Positions 20,052-30,200 of a DNA stretch of 64,000 bases are shown in pieces. Position numbers and translations under genes: made by a program. Source of the DNA: Trichormus sp. ATA11-4-KO1 (GTDB lineage: Bacteria; Cyanobacteriota; Cyanobacteriia; Cyanobacteriales; Nostocaceae); NCBI GenBank assembly GCA_019358915.1, contig JAHHIM010000015.1, positions 1 through 64,000 on the forward strand, written 5' to 3'. Position 1 is the first letter of the stretch. The number at the start of each line of letters is the position of its first letter. The notes beneath the pieces were generated by a model. It was given only the letters and a program-made list of their open reading frames with translations, made no database searches and had not been told where the DNA came from.

Positions 20052-21221
20052 TTATTCTAGAAGTTCTGCACTTTCTTCAGTTTCTTCCTCCCCTTCTAGC
20101 AACACCGTCAACGCCTCCATTTGGGCGATCGCTGTTTGCAACTTCGTCATAATAGCCGCCGCAATCACATCTGGTTCAGGTAAATCATCCCCCGACTGCA
20201 AACATTTCATCCCGCAGCCAAGTAATATCCAGGTTTTCGCCGCGTTTAGCAATATCCTCCCGCGTGAAGCAACGCCAACGCCCCAACTCCCCTTCATCTA
20301 CACGCGGACTTCCCCCATTAGCATCATCCCCGTAAACTTCTTTAAATGCCCGAAAATGCTCTCTAGTTAAAGGTGTGCGCTTGCCAAAAACAGGTATATT
20401 CGTCCGCATATCGTAAAACCACACCTGCTTGGTATTCCCCTTCTCCGTCGTTCCCCGTTGGAAAAACAGCACGTTAGTTTTGACACCTTGAGCGTAGAAA
20501 ATCCCCGTAGGCAACCGTAAAATTGTATGCAGGTTGCACTTATCCATCAAATCAGCGCGGATGCTACGCCCTTGACCATCTTCAAACAGCACATTATCAG
20601 GTAACACCACCGCCGCCCGTCCTTGGGGTAACAGTCCGCGATAGATATGCTGTAAAAAAGCTAACTGCTTGTTTGACGTAGGATAAGTAAAATCATCCCG
20701 TGTAGGCAGTCCGCCGCCCTTTTTCGTGCCAAAGGGAGGATTAGTTAAGATAACATTGGCTTTGGGTAACTGCTGTCCATCACTGGAGAGAGTATCGCCT
20801 AAGCTGACATCGCCCTCAATGCCATGTAGCAGCATATTCATTAATAACAGCCGATGGGCATCCTGTACTAATTCAATGCCGTAGAATGCTTGGTAACGCT
20901 GGAATGATTGTTCAGCTTCGCTTAAATCAAATAAATCATCAGTGTGTTTTTTAATATAGCGATCGCCGGCAATTAAAAACCCACCTGTCCCTGCTGCGGG
21001 GTCTTGTACCAGTTCTCCCGGTTGCGGTTTGATGAGTTCCACCATGCAATCAATCAAGAGACGCGGCGTAAAGTATTGCCCTGCACCAGATTTTTTCTCA
21101 CTGGCGTTTTTTCTAACAGTCCTTCGTACAAATCGCCTAAGCCTTCTGACTTGGCTGAGTACCAGTCCAGTTCATCAATGCTTTTCACCAGCTTATTGAG
21201 AATTTGCGGTTTTTTCAGGGC
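20052..21221 (-). pseudogene. hsdM: Type I restriction-modification methyltransferase HsdM, 5'-truncated with two frameshifts
   Basis: GDLYEGLLEK, DPAAGTGGFL, NPPFG, VVLPDNVLF, LRLPTGIFY and LPEPDVIA; frameshifts at the T6 run 21107-21112 and near 20205. Confidence 0.88.
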
Positions 21222-21522
21222 AGTCCCGATGAAACGAGTTTCACAGCCAAGTACGAAAGAGGGACTAGGGGTCAAAGTTTAAGATTGTTGTGATGATTGG
21301 CGTAAAAAAGGATGACAACAGATAAAGTTATTTTCTGACTTACTATAAATTAAGCAATGGCTGTTTAATTATGCTAATTGCTAAGGATATAAGTAAAAAT
21401 TCCCTTGATAATTTTATTCCAAATATTGGGAAATAAATACCATGACAATCAAAAATCATTGAATTATCCCAATGAAAATTGGGAATATTTTGATAAAGTA
21501 AAACATATATGGAGGTAAGATT

Positions 21523-22137
21523 ATGACCCAATCTTTACCAAAATTACTGACATTTGATGAATTTAGTGAATGGTATCCCAACGATGGTAAACGCTATGAA
21601 TTACATAGGGGAGTAATTGTTGAAATGCCCCCTCCATCTGGAGAACATGAAAAAGTTGTGGGATTTATAGCTCGTAAGTTAACTGTCGAGTTTGATCGCC
21701 TGAACCTTCCTTACACTATACCCAAAACCGCATTCGTCAAAACTCCTACTGCTGAATCTGCTTATTCGCCCGATGTCTTGTTATTAAATCTAGACAACCT
21801 CAGCAATGAACCACTTTTTCAAAAGCAGTCAACAGTCAGCCAAGCTGCATCTGTGCCGTTGGTGGTTGAGGTTGTATCGACTAACTGGCGAGATGATTAC
21901 TACAATAAACTTAGGGATTATGAAGAAATGGGCATTCCTGAATATTGGATTGCTGATTATGCTGCTTTGGGAGCTAGGAAATTTATTGGTAATCCCAAAC
22001 AACCGACTATTTTTGTATGTAATTTAGTTGATGGTGAATATCAAATGACTCCATTTCAAGGTGACACAGCGATTAAATCACCTACCTTCCCTCAATTAAA
22101 TTTAACCGCACAGCAGATTTTTGATGCTGCTAACTAA
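21523..22137 (+). CDS. Uma2-family endonuclease-like protein, paralog of 19408-20025
   Basis: Same motifs; GGAGG RBS upstream. Confidence 0.9.
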   Translation: MTQSLPKLLTFDEFSEWYPNDGKRYELHRGVIVEMPPPSGEHEKVVGFIARKLTVEFDRLNLPYTIPKTAFVKTPTAESAYSPDVLLLNLDNLSNEPLFQKQSTVSQAASVPLVVEVVSTNWRDDYYNKLRDYEEMGIPEYWIADYAALGARKFIGNPKQPTIFVCNLVDGEYQMTPFQGDTAIKSPTFPQLNLTAQQIFDAAN

Positions 22138-22156
22138 TTGATGGGAAATAATTACC

Positions 22157-22417
22157 ATGACAATCAATTTACCTCTAAAATTGTCACACTTGCCAAATAG
22201 TCTACCCTTAGATGGTGCTGTTCGCATCGAGTTAGTAGAAGGCGTGCCAATATTTCGTGCATCCAGCTTAGTCCAAGGGCGAATTGAAGCTTTATTAATT
22301 AAACAAAAAGAATCGGCTCTGACTTCCGAAGAAGAAACCGAATTAGATGGATATGAAGAATTAGACGATTATCTGAGTTTGGTGAATCGGATTATTAGAA
22401 ATACATCATTAATTTAA
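22157..22417 (+). CDS. Small hypothetical protein, possibly antitoxin-like
   Basis: 86-aa ORF co-oriented 19 nt after Uma2; LTSEEETELDGYEELDDYLSLVN. Confidence 0.6.
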   Translation: MTINLPLKLSHLPNSLPLDGAVRIELVEGVPIFRASSLVQGRIEALLIKQKESALTSEEETELDGYEELDDYLSLVNRIIRNTSLI

Positions 22418-22477
22418 AATTGAAAGTTTATCGACATACAATATCATCCCACATCTTGCCATAGTGCTTCATTAATC

Positions 22478-23085
22478 CAGGGCAAACGCATCTTATTTAC
22501 TAATAAAAACTAAGGAAGATTTAAAAATGACATAGATAATTGTAAAAATTGCTGGTATGATAAGTAAATTAAATCAAATTTTTCCCAAAATGTGAATTAG
22601 CTTATATTCAACTGAATAACTAATCATTAATACTAAAATAATTCAATTATGGGATACACAAAATTATATTTACCTAGAGAATAAATAAAACTTTTATGTA
22701 AAATATTAAGCTCAAGTTTGGATGCACTATTTTAAGCTAACGCTAAAATACTTAGTAAATATTTGTTATCCATCGCCGCGAGAAACTGTTTATTTTTGAT
22801 TCCACGTTTGACACGCTTCTCTTGAGTTAAAAGATTGACTGCAATATGTCTAAGAATTGCAAAATTCTGTGGAGCATTATCTTTTCTAATCCGACAGTCA
22901 TCTTCCCTTAAGCCAATATCTAATACCCAATGTAATGAATTCTCAACTCCCCAATGACTGCGAATAGAATTACCAAACTGTTCAGCATTATCTTCAAGGC
23001 TACTAATAAAATAACGAGTTTCAACTGTTGTTTTACCGTCTAATAAACGGACAGATTCTACCATGCCAACACTATTAAAGTTTGA
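22478..23085 (-). mobile_element. Second ISAs1-family remnant: transposase C-terminus plus probable right end
   Basis: ETRYFISSL...IRSHWGVENSLHWVLD...EDDCRIR; CAGGGCAAACGCATCT at 22478 resembles ISAs1 termini. Confidence 0.8.
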
Positions 23086-23371
23086 CAGGCAGCCGTCCTG
23101 ACTTTTCACGCCATCTGTAAAAGTCACTTTAATCAGTTAGCGATGGCGTAACCGCCCTTCCCGGTGGCGATCGCATAAATTGAGTTTTTCTTTGCGCTGA
23201 TCTTCTCCTGATTCCTAGTCATTAATCTAAAACTTTGGAAGCATAAGCACGTAAAAACGGCAATCTTATCCTTCCACCGACAATTATTAAATCCGCTTTA
23301 ATATCTGCGGAATGTGGTTTCAAAATCGCCTTGTTTGCAGTTTTATCGCTGGATGTTTGCAGTTTGCTACA

Positions 23372-23500
23372 GCTAGTGGCAGGTTCTTTACGAAGTATGG
23401 TTCTGTTGAAGTCTTTGAAACTCATTGCAAAAGGAGCAAAAGTCGGTGCCCAAGCTAGCCTTTGTCTTGGGTCTATACTCTTGTCTTGCAGTAACTTCAT
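23372..23500 (-). pseudogene. Fragment resembling the N-terminal part of an AetD-like heme-oxygenase-like diiron protein
   Basis: LLQDKSIDPRQRLAWAPTFAPFAMSFKDFNRTILRKEP, recognised from memory of the family; truncated before the H..ED..H iron ligands. Confidence 0.5.
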
Positions 23501-23939
23501 GAACATTGAATCTCTGCAAAAGTTCCATATTTTCTTGTTTCTGTTTCAGGTAGGCTTCATACCAAAAACTTGCCCTCATCTGCTCTGGCTCAAAGTCAGG
23601 GGGATTGATTAGGGTGGGCAGTAGTTGGTCGTTAATTGCCATGTTCCTGATAATACAGTCCCTGTCAGTTTTTTGTCCATTCTCATTTAATGTTTCTTAT
23701 TGCACTGACTAATTACGGTTCATATTTGTGATACTCACCCTCAAGTGTTCCCTTTGTCAATACTCTGCCACCTGAATCCTTACGTTTTAATGCTTAGTCT
23801 TTCCCTCCATTGGTGACAAAATTTGAAAACAGTTTCGCCACTTGCATAAAAATCAAAATTGCTACTGAAGACTTAAATAAGAGACGGTTTGGTAAGAGTA
23901 ATGATTTAAACTCTCTGATTAAATTGTTTCTCAGAAATT

Positions 23940-23953
23940 GTATCTAAAAATAC
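23940..23953. promoter_or_regulatory. Candidate NtcA box upstream of PKS cluster
   Basis: GTA-TCTAAAAA-TAC 68 nt upstream of the ATG at 24022; no TAN3T at the canonical 22-nt spacing. Confidence 0.35.
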
Positions 23954-24021
23954 CAAAAGTACCTACCTGATTTGATTCGTCAGATCAGATATTTTTAGAG
24001 TCGAATAAAGGAATTATTAAC

Positions 24022-27000
24022 ATGCAAATCAATGCAGATACTCCTGCCATTGCAGTTATTGGTATGGGTTGTCATTATCCTGGTGCTAGTAGTTTGCCGC
24101 AACTTTGGGAAAATATTCTTGCAAGACGACGCCAGTTTCGTCAACTGCCAGATCAAAGATTGCCCATATCTGAGTATTATGACCCAGAACCAACAACACC
24201 AGATAAATCTTACGGCGATCGCGCTGCTGTCATTGATGGTTTTGAGTTTGATTGGCCTGGTAAACGTATTCCGAAATCAACTGTCGAATCAACAGATATT
24301 GTTCATTGGCTCACACTAGAAGTAGCATTAAAGGCTCTACAAGATGCTGGATACACTCGTCAAAGTGTTGCGACTGAACGCTCAGGTGTCATACTGGGAA
24401 ACACCTTGACTGGAGAACACACCCGTTCTCAAACGATGCGCTTACGCTGGCCTTATGTCCGACGAGCCTTGCGGGCTGCTGGTAAAGCTAAAGGTCTGCC
24501 ACAGCAAACGGTGGAAGAACTTGTAGAAACGATGGAAGAGTTCTACAAATCTGTATTTGCTCCAATTACCGAAGATACCTTAGCTGGTGGACTTTCTAAT
24601 ACTATTGCTGGCAGAGTTTGTAACTTTTTTAACTTTAATGGTGGTGGTTATACAGTAGACGGTGCTTGTTCTTCTTCATTGATTGCTGTTGCTACTGCTG
24701 CTACAGCCTTAGCTAACGGTGATCTCAATCTGGCCTTAGCCGGAGGCGTTGATATTAGTCTAGATACTTTTGAACTGATTGGATTTGCCAAAACAGGGGC
24801 GCTGACTGGTCAAGATATGACTGTTTATGACCGCCGTGCTAGTGGTTTTATTCCCGGAGAAGGCTGTGGCTTTGTTGTCTTGAAACGGTTGGCAGACGCT
24901 CAAGCTGATGGTGATTATATATATGCAGTCTTAAATGGTTGGGGTATATCATCTGATGGCAAAGGTGGAATTACAGCCCCTTCAAAAGTAGGACAAGCTC
25001 AAGCCTTACGCCGTGCTTATGACCGCGCAGGTTACAGCCCCCACGAACTGGACTTTATTGAAGGACATGGTACAGGCACTCCAGTAGGCGATCGCACTGA
25101 AATTGAAGGTATTGCCCTAGCCATGAGTTCTGATGGTGAATTAGCACCTCGTTCCTGTGGTGTTACTTCCTTTAAATCCCTAGTAGGACACACTAAAGCT
25201 GCCGCAGGTATTGGCGGCTTTATTAAAGCAGTCATGGCTGTCAATCAGCGAATTATCCCACCCACAGCAGGCTGTAAAGACCCCAACCCTGTATTTAATA
25301 ATTCTGCCAAGTGCCTGTATCCAATTATTCAAGGCGAAATCCGCCTAGCTTCTGATGAGCTGGTAGCTGGTGTTTCCGCAATGGGATTTGGCGGGATCAA
25401 TTCTCATGTCACCCTTTCTTCTGGTCATGCACCTGCACCTCATCTCAAACCCAGTCTTGCTGAAAGGGCGTTGTTAGTTTCTCACCAAGATACAGAAGTA
25501 TTTGTTTTGAGTGCAGAATCTGTGCAAGCACTACTGCAACGGACTCAGACAGTGATGAACCAAGCCGCAGGTATGAGCCTGGCTGAACTCGTTGATTTTG
25601 CTGCCCAACTGGGACAAGAAGCAAAATCTTCTCAATCTGTCCGGACGGCGGTAATTGCTGGTACTCCCAAAGAACTCATGGTACGTCTCCAGCAACTCGA
25701 ACAGATGCTGAATGACACTCCCCCCGCCCCAGGAGAAGTTAAAGTTACTCCTCAAAAAGACATTTGGATTGCCAACTCAGTTAAACGTCATCGTGTGGCT
25801 TTTCTATTCCCTGGTCAAGGCTCACAAAAGTTGAACATGGCTCGGACTTTAGTAGAACGTCACGCCTGGGCTAGAGAACTGCTGCAACAAGCAAATAACT
25901 GGCTGAAAGAAACGGGCTTTGAGCCAATTAGTGAGTTCATCTATCGTCCCCTAGACCGGGCTGCTAATCAAGAACAAGTCCAAGATTGGTTTAAGAAACT
26001 GACCGAAGTTGCGCCCGCAGCCATCTGTTTTGCTTCTTTACTGTGGCAGCGCTATCTAGAACGGTTGGGAATTAAGCCATCTGTCATCGGCGGTCACAGC
26101 TTGGGTGAACTCACAGCCTTTCAAGCAGTAGGAGCTTATGACGAAAAAACCCTACTGTGTTTTGCTGCTATGCGTGGAAAAGCGATGGCAGCTAAGAGCG
26201 AAAATGCTGGCACAATGGCAAGCCTAGCTTGTTCATTAGCAACTACTGAGAGCCTCTTGCAGGGAATCCCTGGCTATGTAGTCGTAGCTAATATCAATAG
26301 TCCAGTGCAGACTGTAATCTCTGGCGAGCGAGCCAGCGTAGAAGCAGTAATCAGACGTGCTACAGATCAAGATATCCAAACTCGCCTGCTGCCAGTTGCC
26401 AACGCCTTTCATTCCCAAATGGTTGCACAAGCAGCTGCATATCTGCGTGCCCATGCACCAATTCCAGAGAAACTTACCCAAACCTTATTACCTCTCTTTT
26501 CCAGTGTTAACGGCCAGCAAGTCCTGCCTGGAATCAATCTGCGGGAATACTTCGCTAACCAAATGATTTCCCAAGTAGACTTTGTTTCCTTAGTGAAAGC
26601 GATCGCTCCCCAATGCGATTTGATCATCGAGGTAGGCCCTGGAAAAGTGCTGTCTGGTTTGGTAGAAGCAACAAGCATCGCCAATAGCCCCTGGTGTTTC
26701 CCTGTAGAATCCCAAGCAGGAAGCGATCGCGACCTCAACACTTTGTTAGGTAGTTTCTTTGTTCACGGCGGCGAAGTTAACTGGACAGCACTTTACGAAA
26801 ATCGTCTGGTGCGTCCTTTTATACCAGCATCACAGCGTTTGTTCATCGACAATCCTTGCGAACGACCCTTCCCAGAGTCACTAGAACAAATAAATGCAGT
26901 TGTGCATATTTCTCATGTACCGAACAGATATATACCTAAGCAGGAATTAACACAGCAGAATGACGAAGAGTTTTTTGATACCCTATCTGCTTATTTTTCA

Positions 27001-27063
27001 CAACGAAGCTCGTTTTTAGCTGAGTTGATTCGAGCCGATATTGAAACCTTGCCACTTCTATGA
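24022..27063 (+). CDS. pksE: Enediyne-type (PksE-clade) iterative type I PKS, subunit 1: KS-AT
   Basis: PksE-diagnostic KS segment GNTLTGE..R...MRLRWPYVRR...EDTLAGGLSNTIAGR...GGGYTVDGACSSSL; EGHGTGT and GHTKAAAG; AT with FPGQGSQ, GHSLGE and AFHS; post-AT RPF......F..NPCERP. Confidence 0.9.
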   Translation: MQINADTPAIAVIGMGCHYPGASSLPQLWENILARRRQFRQLPDQRLPISEYYDPEPTTPDKSYGDRAAVIDGFEFDWPGKRIPKSTVESTDIVHWLTLEVALKALQDAGYTRQSVATERSGVILGNTLTGEHTRSQTMRLRWPYVRRALRAAGKAKGLPQQTVEELVETMEEFYKSVFAPITEDTLAGGLSNTIAGRVCNFFNFNGGGYTVDGACSSSLIAVATAATALANGDLNLALAGGVDISLDTFELIGFAKTGALTGQDMTVYDRRASGFIPGEGCGFVVLKRLADAQADGDYIYAVLNGWGISSDGKGGITAPSKVGQAQALRRAYDRAGYSPHELDFIEGHGTGTPVGDRTEIEGIALAMSSDGELAPRSCGVTSFKSLVGHTKAAAGIGGFIKAVMAVNQRIIPPTAGCKDPNPVFNNSAKCLYPIIQGEIRLASDELVAGVSAMGFGGINSHVTLSSGHAPAPHLKPSLAERALLVSHQDTEVFVLSAESVQALLQRTQTVMNQAAGMSLAELVDFAAQLGQEAKSSQSVRTAVIAGTPKELMVRLQQLEQMLNDTPPAPGEVKVTPQKDIWIANSVKRHRVAFLFPGQGSQKLNMARTLVERHAWARELLQQANNWLKETGFEPISEFIYRPLDRAANQEQVQDWFKKLTEVAPAAICFASLLWQRYLERLGIKPSVIGGHSLGELTAFQAVGAYDEKTLLCFAAMRGKAMAAKSENAGTMASLACSLATTESLLQGIPGYVVVANINSPVQTVISGERASVEAVIRRATDQDIQTRLLPVANAFHSQMVAQAAAYLRAHAPIPEKLTQTLLPLFSSVNGQQVLPGINLREYFANQMISQVDFVSLVKAIAPQCDLIIEVGPGKVLSGLVEATSIANSPWCFPVESQAGSDRDLNTLLGSFFVHGGEVNWTALYENRLVRPFIPASQRLFIDNPCERPFPESLEQINAVVHISHVPNRYIPKQELTQQNDEEFFDTLSAYFSQRSSFLAELIRADIETLPLL

Positions 27064-27244
27064 AGAAGGCTGAGTTAAAAGACCGCCCACACTTCGACAA
27101 GAGTTCGGCGAAGGCTACTTCGACAAGGCTCAGTACAAGTCACTCGAGCCGCTCAGTGACCGCAAAAGGCGGCGGGGACTTGTACCAAGTATTTTTACTT
27201 CACTCAGCACTAACTAAAGTCAACCATTAACAAGAGAACGCATA

Positions 27245-30200
27245 ATGACTAGCCAAAATTCCGCACATCAGCAAATGAACGACGAACTCACCAAACTTCT
27301 AACTAACTACTTTAGCCAACGTGGTTCATTTTTAGCTCAAATTATTCGCGCTGATTTGCAAAGCTTGCCACATTTGACAAAGCAGATTCATCAAACTCAA
27401 CAAAATGGTAATGGTCAAGCTCAACAGAATAGCAATGGTAACGCCAACCACCATTACATGGTTGAACTTCCCACTACTCAGCCTGCAAGTGTTCCCCATC
27501 AAGTTGTACAACAACCACAAGCAGCTCCCCAAGTAGTTTCTCAACCAACCATAGATGTGGAAGCAATTCTAGTAAATTTGGTGGTTAAGCAAACCGGGTT
27601 TCCGCGAGAAAGTATCACCTTGCAACTACGATTACTAGATGATTTGAATTTGGATTCCATCAAAGGTGGGGAACTGGTTGCTGGTACTGCAAAGGAATGT
27701 GGTGTAGCAGGTAAGGTCGATCCTTCTACTCTAGCCAACGCCTCTCTGCAAGAGATTGTTGAGGCTGTGCGTGAAGCTATGCCTAGTGTGAATCAGACTC
27801 AAGTTACTCCTGTAATTCCCCCACAACCAGTGGTAATTGAGCCTAAACTAGCATCCATACCCAATATGTTGCTAGAAATGGTGGTGCAACGCACAGGTTT
27901 TCCACGAGAAACCTTATCCATGAACCTGCATCTGCTAGATGATTTAAATCTAGATTCGATCAAAACGGCAGAGTTTGTGGCTGAAGCAGCTAAGCGTGTA
28001 GGAGTTGAGGGGCTGATTGATCCTTCTAACTTTGCTAATGCCACTCTGGCAGAGATTGCCACCGTCTTACAACAACTGACAGAGAAGCAAAAACCATCTG
28101 TGCAACCAAGCCCCAAAGTAGCAACAACTCTACCTGCATCAGAATCAATACCTTGGGTACGCGACTTTGTTGTTGAATACGTTCCGGAAGAAAAACCTGT
28201 GTTACCTGCCTCCAGTCAGGAAGATAATTGGGAAACAACCAACATGTTCGAGGTGGACAATTGGTCAAACGCCAACATCCTGATGATGTCTGAGGTAGAA
28301 GAAGCTGATTTTGTAGAGACATTACAGCAAGAATTTCTCAGCCAAGGTGCGAAAGTCCAAGCTGTAACTTTTGCAGAAGTAGGCGATCACTCACTCATCC
28401 ACAGCATTGATTTTACACACTTCATTGCCGTACTTCCCCGGTCACCAAAAGGTGAAATGACCCCAGAAGCTCGTCTCCAAAGAGCTATGCAGAGGGTTCG
28501 TGCTGCCGCTACACCACCCGCAGCAGCTAAAGCTCAACGCCAATACACCACAGTTGCTTATATTCAATTTGGTGGTGGCTACTTTGGCAGACTAGCGGAA
28601 GTAACCGATATCGAGCAATCCTGTAGCATGGGCTTTGCTGCTAGTCTCCACCTTGAGCGCTCTGACCTGAAAGTGCGGGTGATTGATGTTCCCATCAGTG
28701 TTACTCCCACCTCACTCACAGGACGAATCGTTGCAGAACTCTCCCGACCAGAAGCATTTGTGGCAGTTGGCTATGATACCGACCTGACTCGACTCATCCC
28801 CCGACCCCGTGTTCAAGACACAGTACTGTATCAACACCGAGATATCACCTGGTTACCCAAAGATGTATTTTTAATTACAGGTGGTGCTAAGGGGATTACG
28901 GCTGAGTGTGCCTTGGCTCTAGCTAGAACCACAGGAGTACGCACAGCTTTGGTTGGTAGTTCAGCCCATCCCCAAGTTGACCCCACAGGCAAGAGTAGCG
29001 CAGAAATCGCTAATACCCTGCAACACTTCCAAGATGAAGGATTAACCTGTCGGTATTATCAATGCAATGTTAATGATGCGATCGCAGTTGCTAGTTTGGT
29101 ACAACGCGTTGAGAAAGAACTAGGTAAGATTACAGGAGTAATTCACGGTTCTGCCCTCAACAAACCCCGTCGTGTAGAAAATGCCACTTTAGAAGAAGCG
29201 CGTACAGAAGTTGCACCCAAATTACTTGGTGCAATGAATTTAATGCAAGCCCTTGCTAATAAACCACCAAAAATGTTTGTCGGTTTCTCTTCTATCAGCG
29301 CTGTTCTGGGACTCCCTGGTAATACCTGGTATGGATTCTCTAATGAAGCTCTAGATTTGATCTTGCGTCGCTTTGGAGAAGAACATCCAGAAACCGCCAC
29401 TCTCGCCATTGCCTTTAGTGTTTGGGCAGAAGTCGGCATGGGTGCCCGCATGGGTACTGTCCGGAACCTCAACCGCATGGGAATCGAAGCTATGCCCACA
29501 GACGAAGCTGTACGTCGATTCCTACACCTCATGCAAAATGATCCTGGAGATCCCCAAGTCGTAGTTTCAGCTAGATTGGGTGGGATAGATACTTTACGCC
29601 GTGGTTTTGATACCTGGCGCACAAAACGGATGCCTCCAGCTGCGGACTTAAGATTTATCGAGCAGGTGCAGATTATGGAACCTGATGTTGAGATAGTAGC
29701 CCGCACCCACCTGAGCTTAGAGCGCGATTCCTACGTCAAAGACCATATTTACAAAGGCTCCTATCTGTTCCCCACTGTGTTTGGTTTGGAAGCGATGGCT
29801 CAAGCTGTTGCCTATGCTACAGGTCTAACTCAGCTAGATGCACTACGAATTGAAAATATCCGCTTAGAACGCCCGATTGTCGTAGACCCGGAAAATGGCA
29901 TAGATATTGAAATTCGTGCCGAAGTACTAGAACGTGAATCAGTTAATGACTTCCGCAAAGTGCGGGCAGAAATCAGAACTGAGCGGACTGGGTTTGCAAT
30001 GGCTCATTTTGCAGCTACCTTTGTCTTCGACCAGCAACATGAAGCTCCCAAAGAACAGATTCAACTTCCTAAAACACCTTTGGATATTGATCCTCAACAA
30101 GACTTGTACGGATGGTTGTTATTTCAAGGGCCCCGCTTCCAACGCATACAACAGGTTTACTCCCTCAACTCGAAGAAGTTTGTTTTTCGTACCCAAAAAG

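Noticed and set aside
21107..21112. Phase-variable homopolymer switch in hsdM
   Set aside because: The run is only 6 nt, and the gene is also 5'-truncated with a second frameshift.
27064..27244. PKS split as pseudogenisation or frameshift artefact
   Set aside because: The 181-bp spacer is non-coding with repeats, each part has its own start and intact catalytic motifs, and the duplicated terminal motif is conserved at protein level.
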